Of a stretch of 64,000 nt of DNA, positions 37,918 through 47,922 are shown piece after piece. The notes under the pieces were generated by a model. The model worked only from the letters and a program-made list of their open reading frames with translations, did not search any database and was not told the DNA's origin. Source of the stretch: Parachlamydiales bacterium. GTDB taxonomy: Bacteria; Chlamydiota; Chlamydiia; Chlamydiales; JAJFMK01. A program made the position numbers and the translations under genes. Location: contig CAVXVG010000024.1 of NCBI GenBank assembly GCA_963765145.1, forward strand, positions 12,609 to 76,608. The letters run 5' to 3'. The number at the start of each line of letters is the position of its first letter. Within the stretch, counting starts at the first letter, position 1.

Positions 37918-40169
37918 CAGAAGAGATGATCAACCTGACCATAGATGGGAAATCGGCTTCAGTACCGAAAGGGACGACCGTTTATCACGCCTGCAAGGAT
38001 ATGGGAATCGATCTTCCGATTTTTTGTTATCAAGATCGGATGCCCCCTTTTGGCGCATGCAGAGTATGTTTGGTAGAAGTTGAAAAGACGCCAAAACTCC
38101 AAACTTCGTGTACCTTACAGGCAGCTGAAGGAATGGTTGTGAAGACCCAGGCTGATAAAGCTGTTCAAGGACGTGAGGAGATCCTCGAATTTCTCCTCAT
38201 CAACCATCCGCTCGATTGTCCGATCTGCGACAAGGGGGGAGAGTGCCCTTTACAAGACCAGACAGAGAAGTTTGGCCCCGGAAAAAGCCACTTTTTCGAA
38301 GAAAAAAGGCACTTCACAAAGCCTCTTCCGCTTGGTCCTGTTTTGATGCTCGATCGGGAGCGGTGCGTTGTCTGTGCCCGCTGTACCCGATTTGGAGACA
38401 TCGTGGCAGGGGACCATGCTCTAGAATTCATCGACAGAGGGTTTAAAACAGAGGTGGGCACGCCTAACGGAGGCCCGGTAGAATCTAAATTTATTGGAAA
38501 TACGATTGAAATTTGTCCTGTTGGTGCATTGACAAGCCAGGTCTACCGTTTTCGCGCTCGCCCATGGGATAATCGCCACACCCCAAGCGCCTGCACATTG
38601 TGCCCTGTGGGTTGCAGTTTGACTTTAGAAGAGCGAGATGGAGAAATTGTTAGGACCCAATCGTACGAAAACAAGGCGCTCAATGACATGTGGCTGTGCG
38701 ATAAGGGGTGGTTTGGCTACGAATTTATCATGGATTCACAGCGGTTAAAAACACCGCTGATCAGACGAAATGGAAAGCTTGAAGAGGCATCATGGGAAGA
38801 GGCGCTGTTCCTGATCGCCTCAAAAATGGAAACCTATCGACCCCATGGAAAGATTGCTGGATGGGGTGGAAATCCTTTGACAGTAGAGGAAAATTACCTT
38901 TTCCAAAAACTGATGAGAACGGTGTGTGATGTCAATCACGTCGATCACAGGATTGGGATGCCTCTGTTTAACCAGGCCGAAGAGGGATTGCCGGCAGGAA
39001 TGGAGATCTCGATTGGTTCATGTGTTGATTTGAAGACCATCTACCTTTTTGGTGTCGATATCACAGAAGAATTTCCTGTTATTTGGTTGCGCTTGAAAGA
39101 GGCGATTAATAAGGGGGCCAGAGTGATCTTCGCCGGCCATTATGCTCCTGAAATAGCTAAACACCTTTCGGAAGTCTATCTCCATCCTCCGGGAGAAGAG
39201 ATCGAGGCAATCCAACGGTATCTGAAGGATGGGCATGGAGAGGGCGCCATTTTTGTCGGCTCTCAATACCTCTCTTCGCTGAATCGTGGATCTATTTTGT
39301 CTGAGTTATTAAAACGGCGCAGCACCTTATCACTTAACCTTCTGGAAGGGCGTGGCAATAGCATGGGAGCTCGTCTTGCAGGGATGAGGCCCGATCTTGG
39401 CCCGCTGAATAAGTCGCTTGAGCGCCATGGGCTAAACTTTTTACAAGTGGCACATGAATCGGCTGAAAAAGGATGGGACCTTCTGCATGTGGCAGGGGCT
39501 AACCCTGCTTTAAAACTGTCTGCCGATCTCTGGAAAAAAGTTAGAGAAAAGACCGACTTCATCGTTGTACAAGATCTTTTCTTAACAGAAACGGCGCGCG
39601 AGGCTGATGTCGTATTGCCAACCCTTTCTTATGTAGAAAAAGAGGGGCACTTCATCAACATCGAAAAACGGGTGCAAAAACTTCGGCCCGGCAAAGACCT
39701 TCCAAAAGGGTTGAAAAGCGACGGAGAGATTTTTGTGTTGCTGGCCGAACGATTAGGTCACACGATTCCAATCGATGAACAATTTTCAAAGATTTTCACC
39801 CTTGAAAGACTTCCAAACCTCTATCCCGCTTCTATTGAGGCGAAACAGCAAAAAATAGAGGGAGACCTTTTAGCCACTTTTGCCCATGCCCTGTTTGATG
39901 AAGGGGTGAGGATGGAGCACAACAAACACCTCATCCAAATGGCAAAAGTTCCTAAAATCCGCATACACCCAAAAGAGGGAGCCAAACGGCAGATCCAAGA
40001 GGGTGAATGGGTCAAAATCAATGGGGTCAAAGGCCAAGTCCAGCTAGATGAAACGGTCTCTTTCAATACGGTTGTTTTGCCTTTAGGATTTAAAAGTTTT
40101 TCTGTTTTTGATGTAGAAAATAACCTAAAGAATGGTTTAAAGATCACCCTTGAGAGGATTTCAACATGA
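37914..40169 (+). CDS. nuoG: NADH-quinone oxidoreductase subunit G
   Basis: GACRVCLV, NHPLDCPICDKGGECPLQ, RCVVCARC. Confidence 0.96.
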   Translation: MTEEMINLTIDGKSASVPKGTTVYHACKDMGIDLPIFCYQDRMPPFGACRVCLVEVEKTPKLQTSCTLQAAEGMVVKTQADKAVQGREEILEFLLINHPLDCPICDKGGECPLQDQTEKFGPGKSHFFEEKRHFTKPLPLGPVLMLDRERCVVCARCTRFGDIVAGDHALEFIDRGFKTEVGTPNGGPVESKFIGNTIEICPVGALTSQVYRFRARPWDNRHTPSACTLCPVGCSLTLEERDGEIVRTQSYENKALNDMWLCDKGWFGYEFIMDSQRLKTPLIRRNGKLEEASWEEALFLIASKMETYRPHGKIAGWGGNPLTVEENYLFQKLMRTVCDVNHVDHRIGMPLFNQAEEGLPAGMEISIGSCVDLKTIYLFGVDITEEFPVIWLRLKEAINKGARVIFAGHYAPEIAKHLSEVYLHPPGEEIEAIQRYLKDGHGEGAIFVGSQYLSSLNRGSILSELLKRRSTLSLNLLEGRGNSMGARLAGMRPDLGPLNKSLERHGLNFLQVAHESAEKGWDLLHVAGANPALKLSADLWKKVREKTDFIVVQDLFLTETAREADVVLPTLSYVEKEGHFINIEKRVQKLRPGKDLPKGLKSDGEIFVLLAERLGHTIPIDEQFSKIFTLERLPNLYPASIEAKQQKIEGDLLATFAHALFDEGVRMEHNKHLIQMAKVPKIRIHPKEGAKRQIQEGEWVKINGVKGQVQLDETVSFNTVVLPLGFKSFSVFDVENNLKNGLKITLERIST

Positions 40170-41137
40170 TCGAAGTTCTCATCAAAGGGTTGATTTTAGT
40201 GATGGTCTTATTTGGGGCAGCTGCATACATGACCTTCATTGAAAGGGTGGTCTTGGCATTGTTTCAATTAAGGTTAGGGCCCAACCGTGTAGGGCCTTTT
40301 GGTCTTCTTCAGCCCATTGCAGACGGGATTAAACTACTAACCAAAGAACGATTTCAACCTGCCAATATCGATGCCTTTACCTATTGGTTGGCCCCTAGTA
40401 TCTCTTTGTTTGTTGCTTTGGCGGTATTTGCTTTTATCCCTTTTGGTGGGACGGTCCATCTGTTTGGGCAAGAGATTCAATTGCAGATAGCTGATGTCAA
40501 TAGCGGCATTTTACTTTTATTGGCGATCTCTTCCTTAGCAGTGTATGGGGTTGTTTTAGCAGGATGGTCTTCTAACAATCGCTATTCATTGCTCGGGGGT
40601 TTGAGAGGAACAGCGCAGTTGATCAGCTTTGAAATTCCGATGGGGATTTCTTTGCTGACTGTCATTCTTTCTGTCGGGACATTAAGTCTGCCAGAGATTG
40701 TAGAGGCTCAAAGAGGGCATTGGTTGATCTGGAGCAACCCGATCAGCTTTCTGATCTACCTGATCACCTCGTTTGCAGAAACGAACAGAGCCCCTTTTGA
40801 CCTGCCTGAAGCTGAGCAAGAATTGACAGCCGGATACCACACCGAATATGGAGGGATGAAATTTGCCATGTTCTTCTTAGGAGAGTATGTCAATATTTTG
40901 GTCGTCTCTTCGATTGCAGTGACCCTCTTTTTTGGAGGGTGGCTTGGCCCCTACGATTGGCCTGTGATCTGGTTTGTTCTGAAAGTGGCTGTGATCGTGT
41001 TTTTCTTCATGTGGGTGCGAGCCACTTTGCCTCGCTTTCGGTATGACCAGCTCATGTCATTTAGTTGGAAAGTGCTGATACCTATTTCTGTGATCAATTT
41101 GATCGTGACGGCCTTTTTCTTGCTGGTGGTAAAATGA
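40166..41137 (+). CDS. nuoH: NADH-quinone oxidoreductase subunit H
   Basis: GPNRVGPFGLLQPIADGIK, AETNRAPFDLPEAE. Confidence 0.96.
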   Translation: MIEVLIKGLILVMVLFGAAAYMTFIERVVLALFQLRLGPNRVGPFGLLQPIADGIKLLTKERFQPANIDAFTYWLAPSISLFVALAVFAFIPFGGTVHLFGQEIQLQIADVNSGILLLLAISSLAVYGVVLAGWSSNNRYSLLGGLRGTAQLISFEIPMGISLLTVILSVGTLSLPEIVEAQRGHWLIWSNPISFLIYLITSFAETNRAPFDLPEAEQELTAGYHTEYGGMKFAMFFLGEYVNILVVSSIAVTLFFGGWLGPYDWPVIWFVLKVAVIVFFFMWVRATLPRFRYDQLMSFSWKVLIPISVINLIVTAFFLLVVK

Positions 41138-41608
41138 AAAAGCGATTGTATCAAGTTTGGATCTACCTAAAAGGGTTATTGATCGTGATGAAGTATGCTT
41201 TTAAAAAGCCGATCACCATCCAATATCCTGAAGAGAGAAGAGTATTGCCCCCTCGGTCGAGAGGCCGCCACTATTTAACCAAATGGGACTGATGGGTATG
41301 AGCGGTGTGTGGGGTGTGAATTGTGCGCTATTGTATGCCCATCCCAAGCGATCTATGTGAGGCCGGCCCAAAATGAACCGGGCCATGCCCATTCCCACGG
41401 CGAGCGGTACGCCTCTGACTTTCAAATCAATATGCTACGGTGTATCTATTGCGGAATGTGTGAAGAGGCTTGCCCAACCGGTGCCATCATTTTGAGCGGC
41501 GAATACGAACTATCGGGCTATACAAGAGAAGATCTGATTTTTACGAAAGAAAAGCTGACAGAAAAATATCCTGGCGAGTCGGGCAGAGACCCGAAAAGGG
41601 AGATTTAA
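41134..41608 (+). CDS. nuoI: NADH-quinone oxidoreductase subunit I (+1 frameshift at GGG ~41285)
   Basis: [14 protein letters not shown]; removing one G restores [33 protein letters not shown]. Confidence 0.92.
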
Positions 41609-41610
41609 TC

Positions 41611-42099
41611 ATGTTAGCAGAGGTTGTTTTTGGATCGGTTGCTGTGTTGTCAGCGCTAGGGGTTATTTTAGTTAAAAAGCCGGTATATGCCGGGTTATCT
41701 TTTCTACTGACATTGTTGATGCTGTCCGGTCTCTATTTGCAACTGTCGGCTCAGTTCATCGCAGCGATGCAAATCTTGGTCTATGCAGGGGCCATCTTGG
41801 TGATTTTTATGTTTGTGATCATTTTATTCCAAGATGCGCACGCACAAATTGAAAAATTCAAAGCCGGAACTTCTCGTGTTTTAGTAGGAGTGTCGGCCCT
41901 ATTATTTATCCTGTCGATCGGTTTTATTGCACAACAGATGGTGCTTCCTCAAAAGTCAGAGACTGTTTCTGACACATTTGGAACGGTCCAGTCGCTGGGG
42001 TCGGCCCTTTTTACCGACTATTTTTTTCCATTTGAGGCTATAACGCCTCTTTTTTTGGTGGCCATTGTGGGAGCTGTTTACCTGGGGAAAAGAGAATGA
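41611..42099 (+). CDS. nuoJ: NADH-quinone oxidoreductase subunit J
   Basis: QILVYAGAILVIFMFVI, FPFE. Confidence 0.93.
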   Translation: MLAEVVFGSVAVLSALGVILVKKPVYAGLSFLLTLLMLSGLYLQLSAQFIAAMQILVYAGAILVIFMFVIILFQDAHAQIEKFKAGTSRVLVGVSALLFILSIGFIAQQMVLPQKSETVSDTFGTVQSLGSALFTDYFFPFEAITPLFLVAIVGAVYLGKRE

Positions 42100-42389
42100 C
42101 ACTGCCTGTTTTAATTAGCTTTGCCCTATTTACGATTGGCCTGATAGGCGTATTGACCAAGCGGAACACGTTGATCTTTTTCTTGTCGATCGAACTGATG
42201 TTGAACAGTGCCAATCTTCTTTTTGTCACCTTTGCACGTCAATGGGACAACTCTGTCGGCTTAGTCTGGGTCTTTTTTGTCCTCGTCGTCGCAGCTGTAG
42301 AGGCAGCCGTCGGCTTGGCCATCCTCATCCATCTCTTCCGAAAAAAACAAGTTGTCGACATCGACCAATACAACGTCCTCAAAGGGTAA
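42096..42389 (+). CDS. nuoK: NADH-quinone oxidoreductase subunit K
   Basis: SIELMLNSANL, VAAVEAAVGLAI. Confidence 0.95.
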   Translation: MTLPVLISFALFTIGLIGVLTKRNTLIFFLSIELMLNSANLLFVTFARQWDNSVGLVWVFFVLVVAAVEAAVGLAILIHLFRKKQVVDIDQYNVLKG

Positions 42390-42471
42390 TTGGCGGGTAA
42401 GCGTCGTCTAAGCCCCAGGTTGAATTGACGATTGCCATTTGTCATTGTTTTCCCAAAAGAGGAGACAAAGT

Positions 42472-42819
42472 CATGTCTAGAAGAAGCGCGAGGGCTCGAT
42501 GGGACCCATCATTCAGAAGTTCAACGATTCAGGAAAAAGTGCAAAGCAATGGGCAGAAGAGCAAGGCATTTCTTACCAATCTCTCATTCTTTGGAAAAGA
42601 AAACTCAAAGAACCGCTTGCTTTTGTAAACAAAAGACGAGAGCTGATGAAGGTAATCTACTTCGATGGCGATGGTCTTGCGATTTGGGCAAAGAGACTTG
42701 AAAAGGGTCGTTTTGGTAGACATCTAAGTTCATCTCCACTCATGGATCGGAGGAGCTTTTTGATGCTTTTAGAAGGTGTAATACCAAGAAGAATGAATCG
42801 ACGTTACAAGCATTCTTAA
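42472..42819 (+). pseudogene. IS66 TnpA/TnpB fused remnant
   Basis: HTH SGKSAKQWAEEQGISYQSLILWKRK joined to FVNKRR..MKVIYFDGDGLAIWAKRLEKGRF. Confidence 0.85.
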
Positions 42820-42883
42820 GGGCGATTTTTCTTTGATTTCATAGAGAGAAAATGGTACCATTTTCTATCCCCTCTATGAAGAG

Positions 42884-43724
42884 ATGAGGAAACAGGTGTT
42901 ACAAAGTGGTGCTCTCTGGATGGATGAAACACCTCTCGATATGCAATCAAAAGGGAAAGGCTCTCTACACCAAGGGTATATGTGGACGATGTGTGGTGGA
43001 GAAAAAGCCCCTTACCTGTTCTACCGCTTCTTCAAAAACAGAAAGCATCAAAACGTTGAAACGCTCCTAGGAGATTACACGGGCCTCCTTCACACAGACA
43101 AATATGAGGCTTATCTTAAACAAGCCAAGAAAGAGGAGATTATATGGTGCCCTTGTTGGGCTCACATCCGTAGGAAGTTCATCGAAGCTGAAACGAAAGA
43201 TCCTCTCCGAGACTGGATCTTAGAGAAGATCCAGTCTCTCTTTTTATTAGAGAGACGAGCCTGGGAATCTTCTCCAGAAGAACGGCTTGAGATCCGTTTA
43301 CAGGAAGAGGTGCCGATTATCGATGAGTTAATCGATAAAGTTAAAGAGAAGCTCATCAAAGGCCAACTTCTTCCGAAATCAAAATTAAGAGAGGCTCTTG
43401 GCTACTTCTGCAGCCTGATCCCTTATCTAAAGAACTACACTAACCACCCCGAAGCTCGTTTAGACAACAATGTTGCTGAAAAGAGCCATTCGTCCACTTG
43501 CCATCGGCCGGAAGAACTGGTTGTTCGTTGGAAGTGAAGGAGGTGCTGAAGCTGCAGCAGTAGCGTTATCTCTCATCCAGACCTGCCGTTCACTTAATAT
43601 CAATCCTCGAGACTACCTGGAGGATGTAATGAGAAGGCTTCTAGACCATCCAGCAAACAAACTAAGCGAACTTTTACCCGATAACTGGGCTAAATCTAAA
43701 CAAATAATCCCCGTCGCTCGCTAA
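42884..43724 (+). pseudogene. tnpC: IS66 TnpC transposase, N-truncated and frameshifted ~43480
   Basis: MDETP, CWAHIRRKF, LDNNVAE|RAIRPLAIGRKNWLF, ELLPDNW. Confidence 0.9.
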
Positions 43725-43975
43725 AGCGAGCTTCCGGTCAGGGGGGGGCGGCCGCCCCCCCCTGACGCCGTGCTGTCAAGCACGTGCGGAATATTTTTAA
43801 AACAACCTGTACCTCATCGGATGCTTGATAACCTTCGTTAGCCCAATATAGCGAAGGTAATCCCTTCTTTAGATCAACCTGGGGCTTAGACGACGCTTAC
43901 ATTGGCGGAAACACTTCACGCATGCGTGAAAGGGGAGCCGGGCGCATTCGGGTTTTGCCCTAACGGACCGATCAT

Positions 43976-44062
43976 AGGCCTGGAAGGCCGACCTGTGAAA
44001 GCCCAGCGCCGAAGGCCTGGGTTATGGATGCACAATAAAATTGGAGTCCTGAAGGGACGACA
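43976..44062. repeat. Left ~87-bp inverted repeat with REP-like hairpins
   Basis: Reverse complement of 44538-44623 except one indel and two substitutions. Confidence 0.92.
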
Positions 44063-44069
44063 TCACATG

Positions 44070-44519
44070 TTATAAAAAATACTTTTCGTCATATTTGATC
44101 TTAGCTCTCTTGAGAAATGAGACAAATTCATCTTGAAAAGAGACTGTTTTATGATGTTCTTTTTGAGAGGCAATATAGTTTATTGCTTTATCTATAGATG
44201 GTCTTGCAACAGAAAATGTCCCATAGCCACTTTGCCATGCGAAATCTTTATAAAAAACACCTTTAGTCTTGATCCATCGCGAAGACCCAGATTTTATTTC
44301 AGAGATTAATTTGCTGATTGTAATTGTTCTGCTTAAGGCTAATAAAACATGAATGTGATCTGTCGTCCCATTGATTTGAATAAGTGGACAGTTAAGGTTT
44401 TTGCAAATTGCTGTTATGTAAGAATATAATTCTTCTTCAATGATAGGCTGAAGCCATTGTTTTCGTCCCTTCGTGGTAAAAACAATGTGTAAAACAACAT
44501 CGGCCAACGATTGTGACAT
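44070..44519 (-). CDS. tnpA: IS200/IS605-family Y1 (HUH) transposase, RAYT-like
   Basis: HIVFTTK, DHIH HUH motif, FAWQSGY, YIASQKEHH; no tnpB; flanked by inverted repeats. Confidence 0.9.
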   Translation of the reverse strand: MSQSLADVVLHIVFTTKGRKQWLQPIIEEELYSYITAICKNLNCPLIQINGTTDHIHVLLALSRTITISKLISEIKSGSSRWIKTKGVFYKDFAWQSGYGTFSVARPSIDKAINYIASQKEHHKTVSFQDEFVSFLKRAKIKYDEKYFL

Positions 44520-44537
44520 GTTTGTTTTTCGGGGTTG

Positions 44538-44623
44538 TGTCGTCCCTTCAGGACTCCAATTTTATTGTGCACTCATACCCAGGCCTTCGGCGCTGGGCTT
44601 TCACAGGTCGGCCTTCCAGGCCT
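44538..44623. repeat. Right ~86-bp inverted repeat with REP-like hairpins
   Basis: GTCCCTTCAGGAC, CCCAGGCCTTCGGCGCTGGG and GGCCTTCCAGGCC hairpins. Confidence 0.92.
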
Positions 44624-44731
44624 TTAACCAGATCATTACACCCGTTCGGATAATATTTGGCTAGACCTGCACCGAAGTGTTTTCATTTGTGGTAATCTTT
44701 TTTTTGTTTACAAAAAGGGCGGGAGTTTCGA

Positions 44732-46558
44732 ATGTGGGGGATTATGGTTTTTGCGCTTTTTCTTCCCCTTTTTGGGTTTATTCTATTGCTGTTGACCTAT
44801 CGGGTGATCGGGAATAGGTGGGCAGGCTACATTGGGTGCTCAACTATTTTTCTTTCGTTTGCCACCTTTTTGACTCTACTGGCCCAAAATGGGGGGCCTA
44901 CAGTAGTTACCCTATTTGAATGGATCCATGTAGGGAAAGTGAATGCCGATTTTACCTTGGTGCTCGATCATCTGTCGCTCTTGATGACTTTGATCATCAC
45001 GGGAATCGGTTTTCTCATCCATGTCTACTCGATCGGCTACATGGACCATGAAAGAGATGTAGTCCGCTACTTTGCCTGCATGAACTTTTTCGTTTTTTCG
45101 ATGTTATTATTAGTGTTAGCAGGCGATTTGTTAGTTCTGTTCATTGGCTGGGAAGGGGTGGGGCTTGCCTCGTATCTTTTAATCGGCTTTTGGTATGAGC
45201 AGAAAAAAGCGGCTCAAGCTGCTACCAAAGCTTTTGTCATCAACAGGATCGGTGACTGTGGGTTTTTGCTTGCCCTTCTGTTGACCTACACCTTGTTTGG
45301 GACTAGCAACATCGCCGAAGTGTCAAAATTGGCCATCGCAGGACCGATGGTGACGGTGTTGACACTGCTCTTTTTTATGGGCGCTGTAGGAAAGTCAGCA
45401 CAGCTGCCTCTGTATACTTGGCTGCCAGATGCGATGGCCGGCCCAACGCCGGTTTCAGCGCTCATCCACGCAGCGACCATGGTGACTGCAGGTGTGTACC
45501 TTGTCGTCAGAATGCATGAGGTCTATCTGTTGGCGCCGATTACGTTGCAAATCGTAGGAGTGGTGGGGGGAGTCACCTCTCTATATGCCTCCTTGTGCGC
45601 TTTGGGGCAAACCGACTTGAAAAGAGTGTTGGCCTACTCAACTGTCAGCCAACTGGGGTTAATGTTTTTAGCCTGTGGGATTGGCGCTTTTTATTCGGCC
45701 ATGTTCCATTTAACCGCTCATGCCTTTGTGAAGGCGCTGTTGTTCTTATCGGCTGGCAATGTTGTTCACATGCTCGGTGGGGCAACAGAGATGAGCCAAA
45801 TGGGGCGCTTGTCTAAAGTTTTCACTAAAACCCATTGGCTTTTCTTGATCGGAGCAATTGCCTTGGCAGGTATTCCTCCTTTAGTGACCTTTTTCAGCAA
45901 AGATATGATTTTGGAAGAGGAGATTCTGACCGGTCACGATGTTCTCTACTTCATTGCGCTTGCCGCCTCTATTTTGACAGGGGTTTACCTCATCCGCGCC
46001 TACTGTTTAACCTTCTTAGGGAAAGGGGAAGAGCAAGGAAAAGAAGCCCCTTGGATCATGCTAACGCCGGTCATTGTTTTGGCCTTCTTAACAGTATTTG
46101 GGGGGTTCCTCGGTTACAGTTCAACGACGCTGCCTCCATTAGAGGCGTTTTTGCAAATGATAGGTTTAACCCCTTTAGAGCTAGAATTCGGACATGGATT
46201 CCCAATCTCTTTAGATTTATTGATCGCTGTTCTTGGTTGTACTTTAGGTGTGCTTCTCACTTTTTGGGTCTACACTCGCCACAAAGATGCACTTGGAAAT
46301 AACTTAGCAATACTCCGCCGCTCCTTCTATGTCGACGAGATCTATTGGGCAGTTGTTGCCGTTCCTTTGCGCTGGTTTGCAAACTTGATTGCTTATGTAT
46401 TTGAACCCAAAGTCATTGGAGGGTCTGCTCGGCTGTTAGCAAACGGAACTCAAGATGCAGCTATCAGAGTTCAGCGGGTGCAAAATGGTCAAATCCGCTC
46501 GTACGTGGCTTGGATGGCCCTCGGCATCGTATTGCTATTTGTGTTATGGGTGTTTTGA
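44732..46558 (+). CDS. nuoL: NADH-quinone oxidoreductase subunit L
   Basis: GKSAQLPLYTWLPDAMAGPTPVSALIHAATMV. Confidence 0.96.
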   Translation: MWGIMVFALFLPLFGFILLLLTYRVIGNRWAGYIGCSTIFLSFATFLTLLAQNGGPTVVTLFEWIHVGKVNADFTLVLDHLSLLMTLIITGIGFLIHVYSIGYMDHERDVVRYFACMNFFVFSMLLLVLAGDLLVLFIGWEGVGLASYLLIGFWYEQKKAAQAATKAFVINRIGDCGFLLALLLTYTLFGTSNIAEVSKLAIAGPMVTVLTLLFFMGAVGKSAQLPLYTWLPDAMAGPTPVSALIHAATMVTAGVYLVVRMHEVYLLAPITLQIVGVVGGVTSLYASLCALGQTDLKRVLAYSTVSQLGLMFLACGIGAFYSAMFHLTAHAFVKALLFLSAGNVVHMLGGATEMSQMGRLSKVFTKTHWLFLIGAIALAGIPPLVTFFSKDMILEEEILTGHDVLYFIALAASILTGVYLIRAYCLTFLGKGEEQGKEAPWIMLTPVIVLAFLTVFGGFLGYSSTTLPPLEAFLQMIGLTPLELEFGHGFPISLDLLIAVLGCTLGVLLTFWVYTRHKDALGNNLAILRRSFYVDEIYWAVVAVPLRWFANLIAYVFEPKVIGGSARLLANGTQDAAIRVQRVQNGQIRSYVAWMALGIVLLFVLWVF

Positions 46559-47922
46559 TGTTGTATCTGTTAATCCCCTTTTTTTTATCGGCCTTTTCGG
46601 CGGTGGTCCGTTTAAGCAAGTCTGTTGCCTTTGTGTTAAGTTTAATTCCGCTCTTTCTATTGCTCTATGGAGTTGAATTGGATGTGTCGTACAACTGGTT
46701 TCCACCCCTTTCGATCCATTTTCATTTGCACGCAGATGCTTTGTCAAAAGTCTTTCTTTATCTAACTGCTCTTGTGATCCCGTTTAGTATTTTGGCGGTG
46801 AGAAGAGAAAGTCGCCTTTACTTCCCTTTTGTTTTTCTTCTGCAAGGGCTGTTGATCGGTTTTTTCACGGCAAGGGATTTGGTGCTTTTCACCCTCTTTT
46901 GGGAATCGATCATCTTGCCTCTCTATTTTATCATCAATTTGTGGGGTGGAGATAACCGTAAAAAAGCGGCTATGCAGTTTCTTCTCTACATGATTGCAGG
47001 TTCTTTCCTGATGGTAGCTGCAGTGCTGTCTGTCTATTTGACGGTGGGCACATTCGACATGGATCAGTTATCGAAAATCACCCCTGCAGCTTGGGTTGCC
47101 TTCGCTTTTTTCTTAGCGTTTGCGGTAAAAACGCCCCTTTTCCCTTTCCATGCTTGGTTGCCGGAGGCCTATACACAAGCTTCTACCTCAGGTTCAATTC
47201 TACTCGCTGCCATCTTGTCGAAAGCCGGTATCTATGGATTCATCCGAATTGGGTTGGAGATTTTTCCACACTATTTGAACGTCTGGAGTTCGGTGTTGCT
47301 TGCCCTGGCCATCGTAGGGGTTTTTTGGGGAGCGCTTGCTGCATGGAGGCAACGAGATTTTAAACGGTTGATTGCCTACTCTAGCTTTTCCCACGTGAAC
47401 TTCATTTTAGTGGGCCTTTTTGTCTGGAACGAAACAGCCGAAGTTGGAAGTGTTCTTCAAGCGTTTAACCATGGCATTACGATCACTGCCCTCTTTCTGG
47501 TGTCTGGGTGGTTAGAAGTCCGATTGGGAACGACTAAGATGGATGGTATCTCCGGAGTGGCAAACTACCTTCCCCAGCTTTGCTGGCTCACACTCTTTTT
47601 TGTCCTCTCGTCGGTCGCATTACCAGGGATGAATAATTTTGTAGGGGAGTTGCTCATCTTTTTTGGGCTATTTAGCTTCAATAAATGGTTGGCTGCTCTC
47701 TTAAGTATCACTGTCGTCCTGTCTGTCGTCTACATGTTGCGGTGGATGCAGAAGGTTTATTTTCAAGAGGCAACCCCTTTACAACCAACCTATAGAGATA
47801 TCCGCTGGAAGGAATGGCTCATAGCCCTTCCGTTGATCCTGTTGATCCTTTGGGTTGGCCTTTACCCAACACCACTTTTAAAAGAGATTGAGCCTTATGA
47901 ATATTTCTCTAGAATGGACTGA
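46558..47922 (+). CDS. nuoM: NADH-quinone oxidoreductase subunit M
   Basis: AVKTPLFPFHAWLPEAY, KRLIAYSS, ALPGMNNFVGE. Confidence 0.95.
   Translation: MLYLLIPFFLSAFSAVVRLSKSVAFVLSLIPLFLLLYGVELDVSYNWFPPLSIHFHLHADALSKVFLYLTALVIPFSILAVRRESRLYFPFVFLLQGLLIGFFTARDLVLFTLFWESIILPLYFIINLWGGDNRKKAAMQFLLYMIAGSFLMVAAVLSVYLTVGTFDMDQLSKITPAAWVAFAFFLAFAVKTPLFPFHAWLPEAYTQASTSGSILLAAILSKAGIYGFIRIGLEIFPHYLNVWSSVLLALAIVGVFWGALAAWRQRDFKRLIAYSSFSHVNFILVGLFVWNETAEVGSVLQAFNHGITITALFLVSGWLEVRLGTTKMDGISGVANYLPQLCWLTLFFVLSSVALPGMNNFVGELLIFFGLFSFNKWLAALLSITVVLSVVYMLRWMQKVYFQEATPLQPTYRDIRWKEWLIALPLILLILWVGLYPTPLLKEIEPYEYFSRMD

Larger units (their letters stand above)
42397..43900 (+). mobile_element. IS66-family element, internally deleted
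   Basis: Perfect 27-bp TIR GTAAGCGTCGTCTAAGCCCCAGGTTGA; 8-bp TSD ATTGGCGG (42389-42396, 43901-43908); only 1504 bp. Confidence 0.95.

Noticed and set aside
41290..41292. TGA recoding or selenocysteine in nuoI
   Set aside because: The downstream part is in a different frame; a 1-bp indel explains it, and TGA serves as a normal stop elsewhere.
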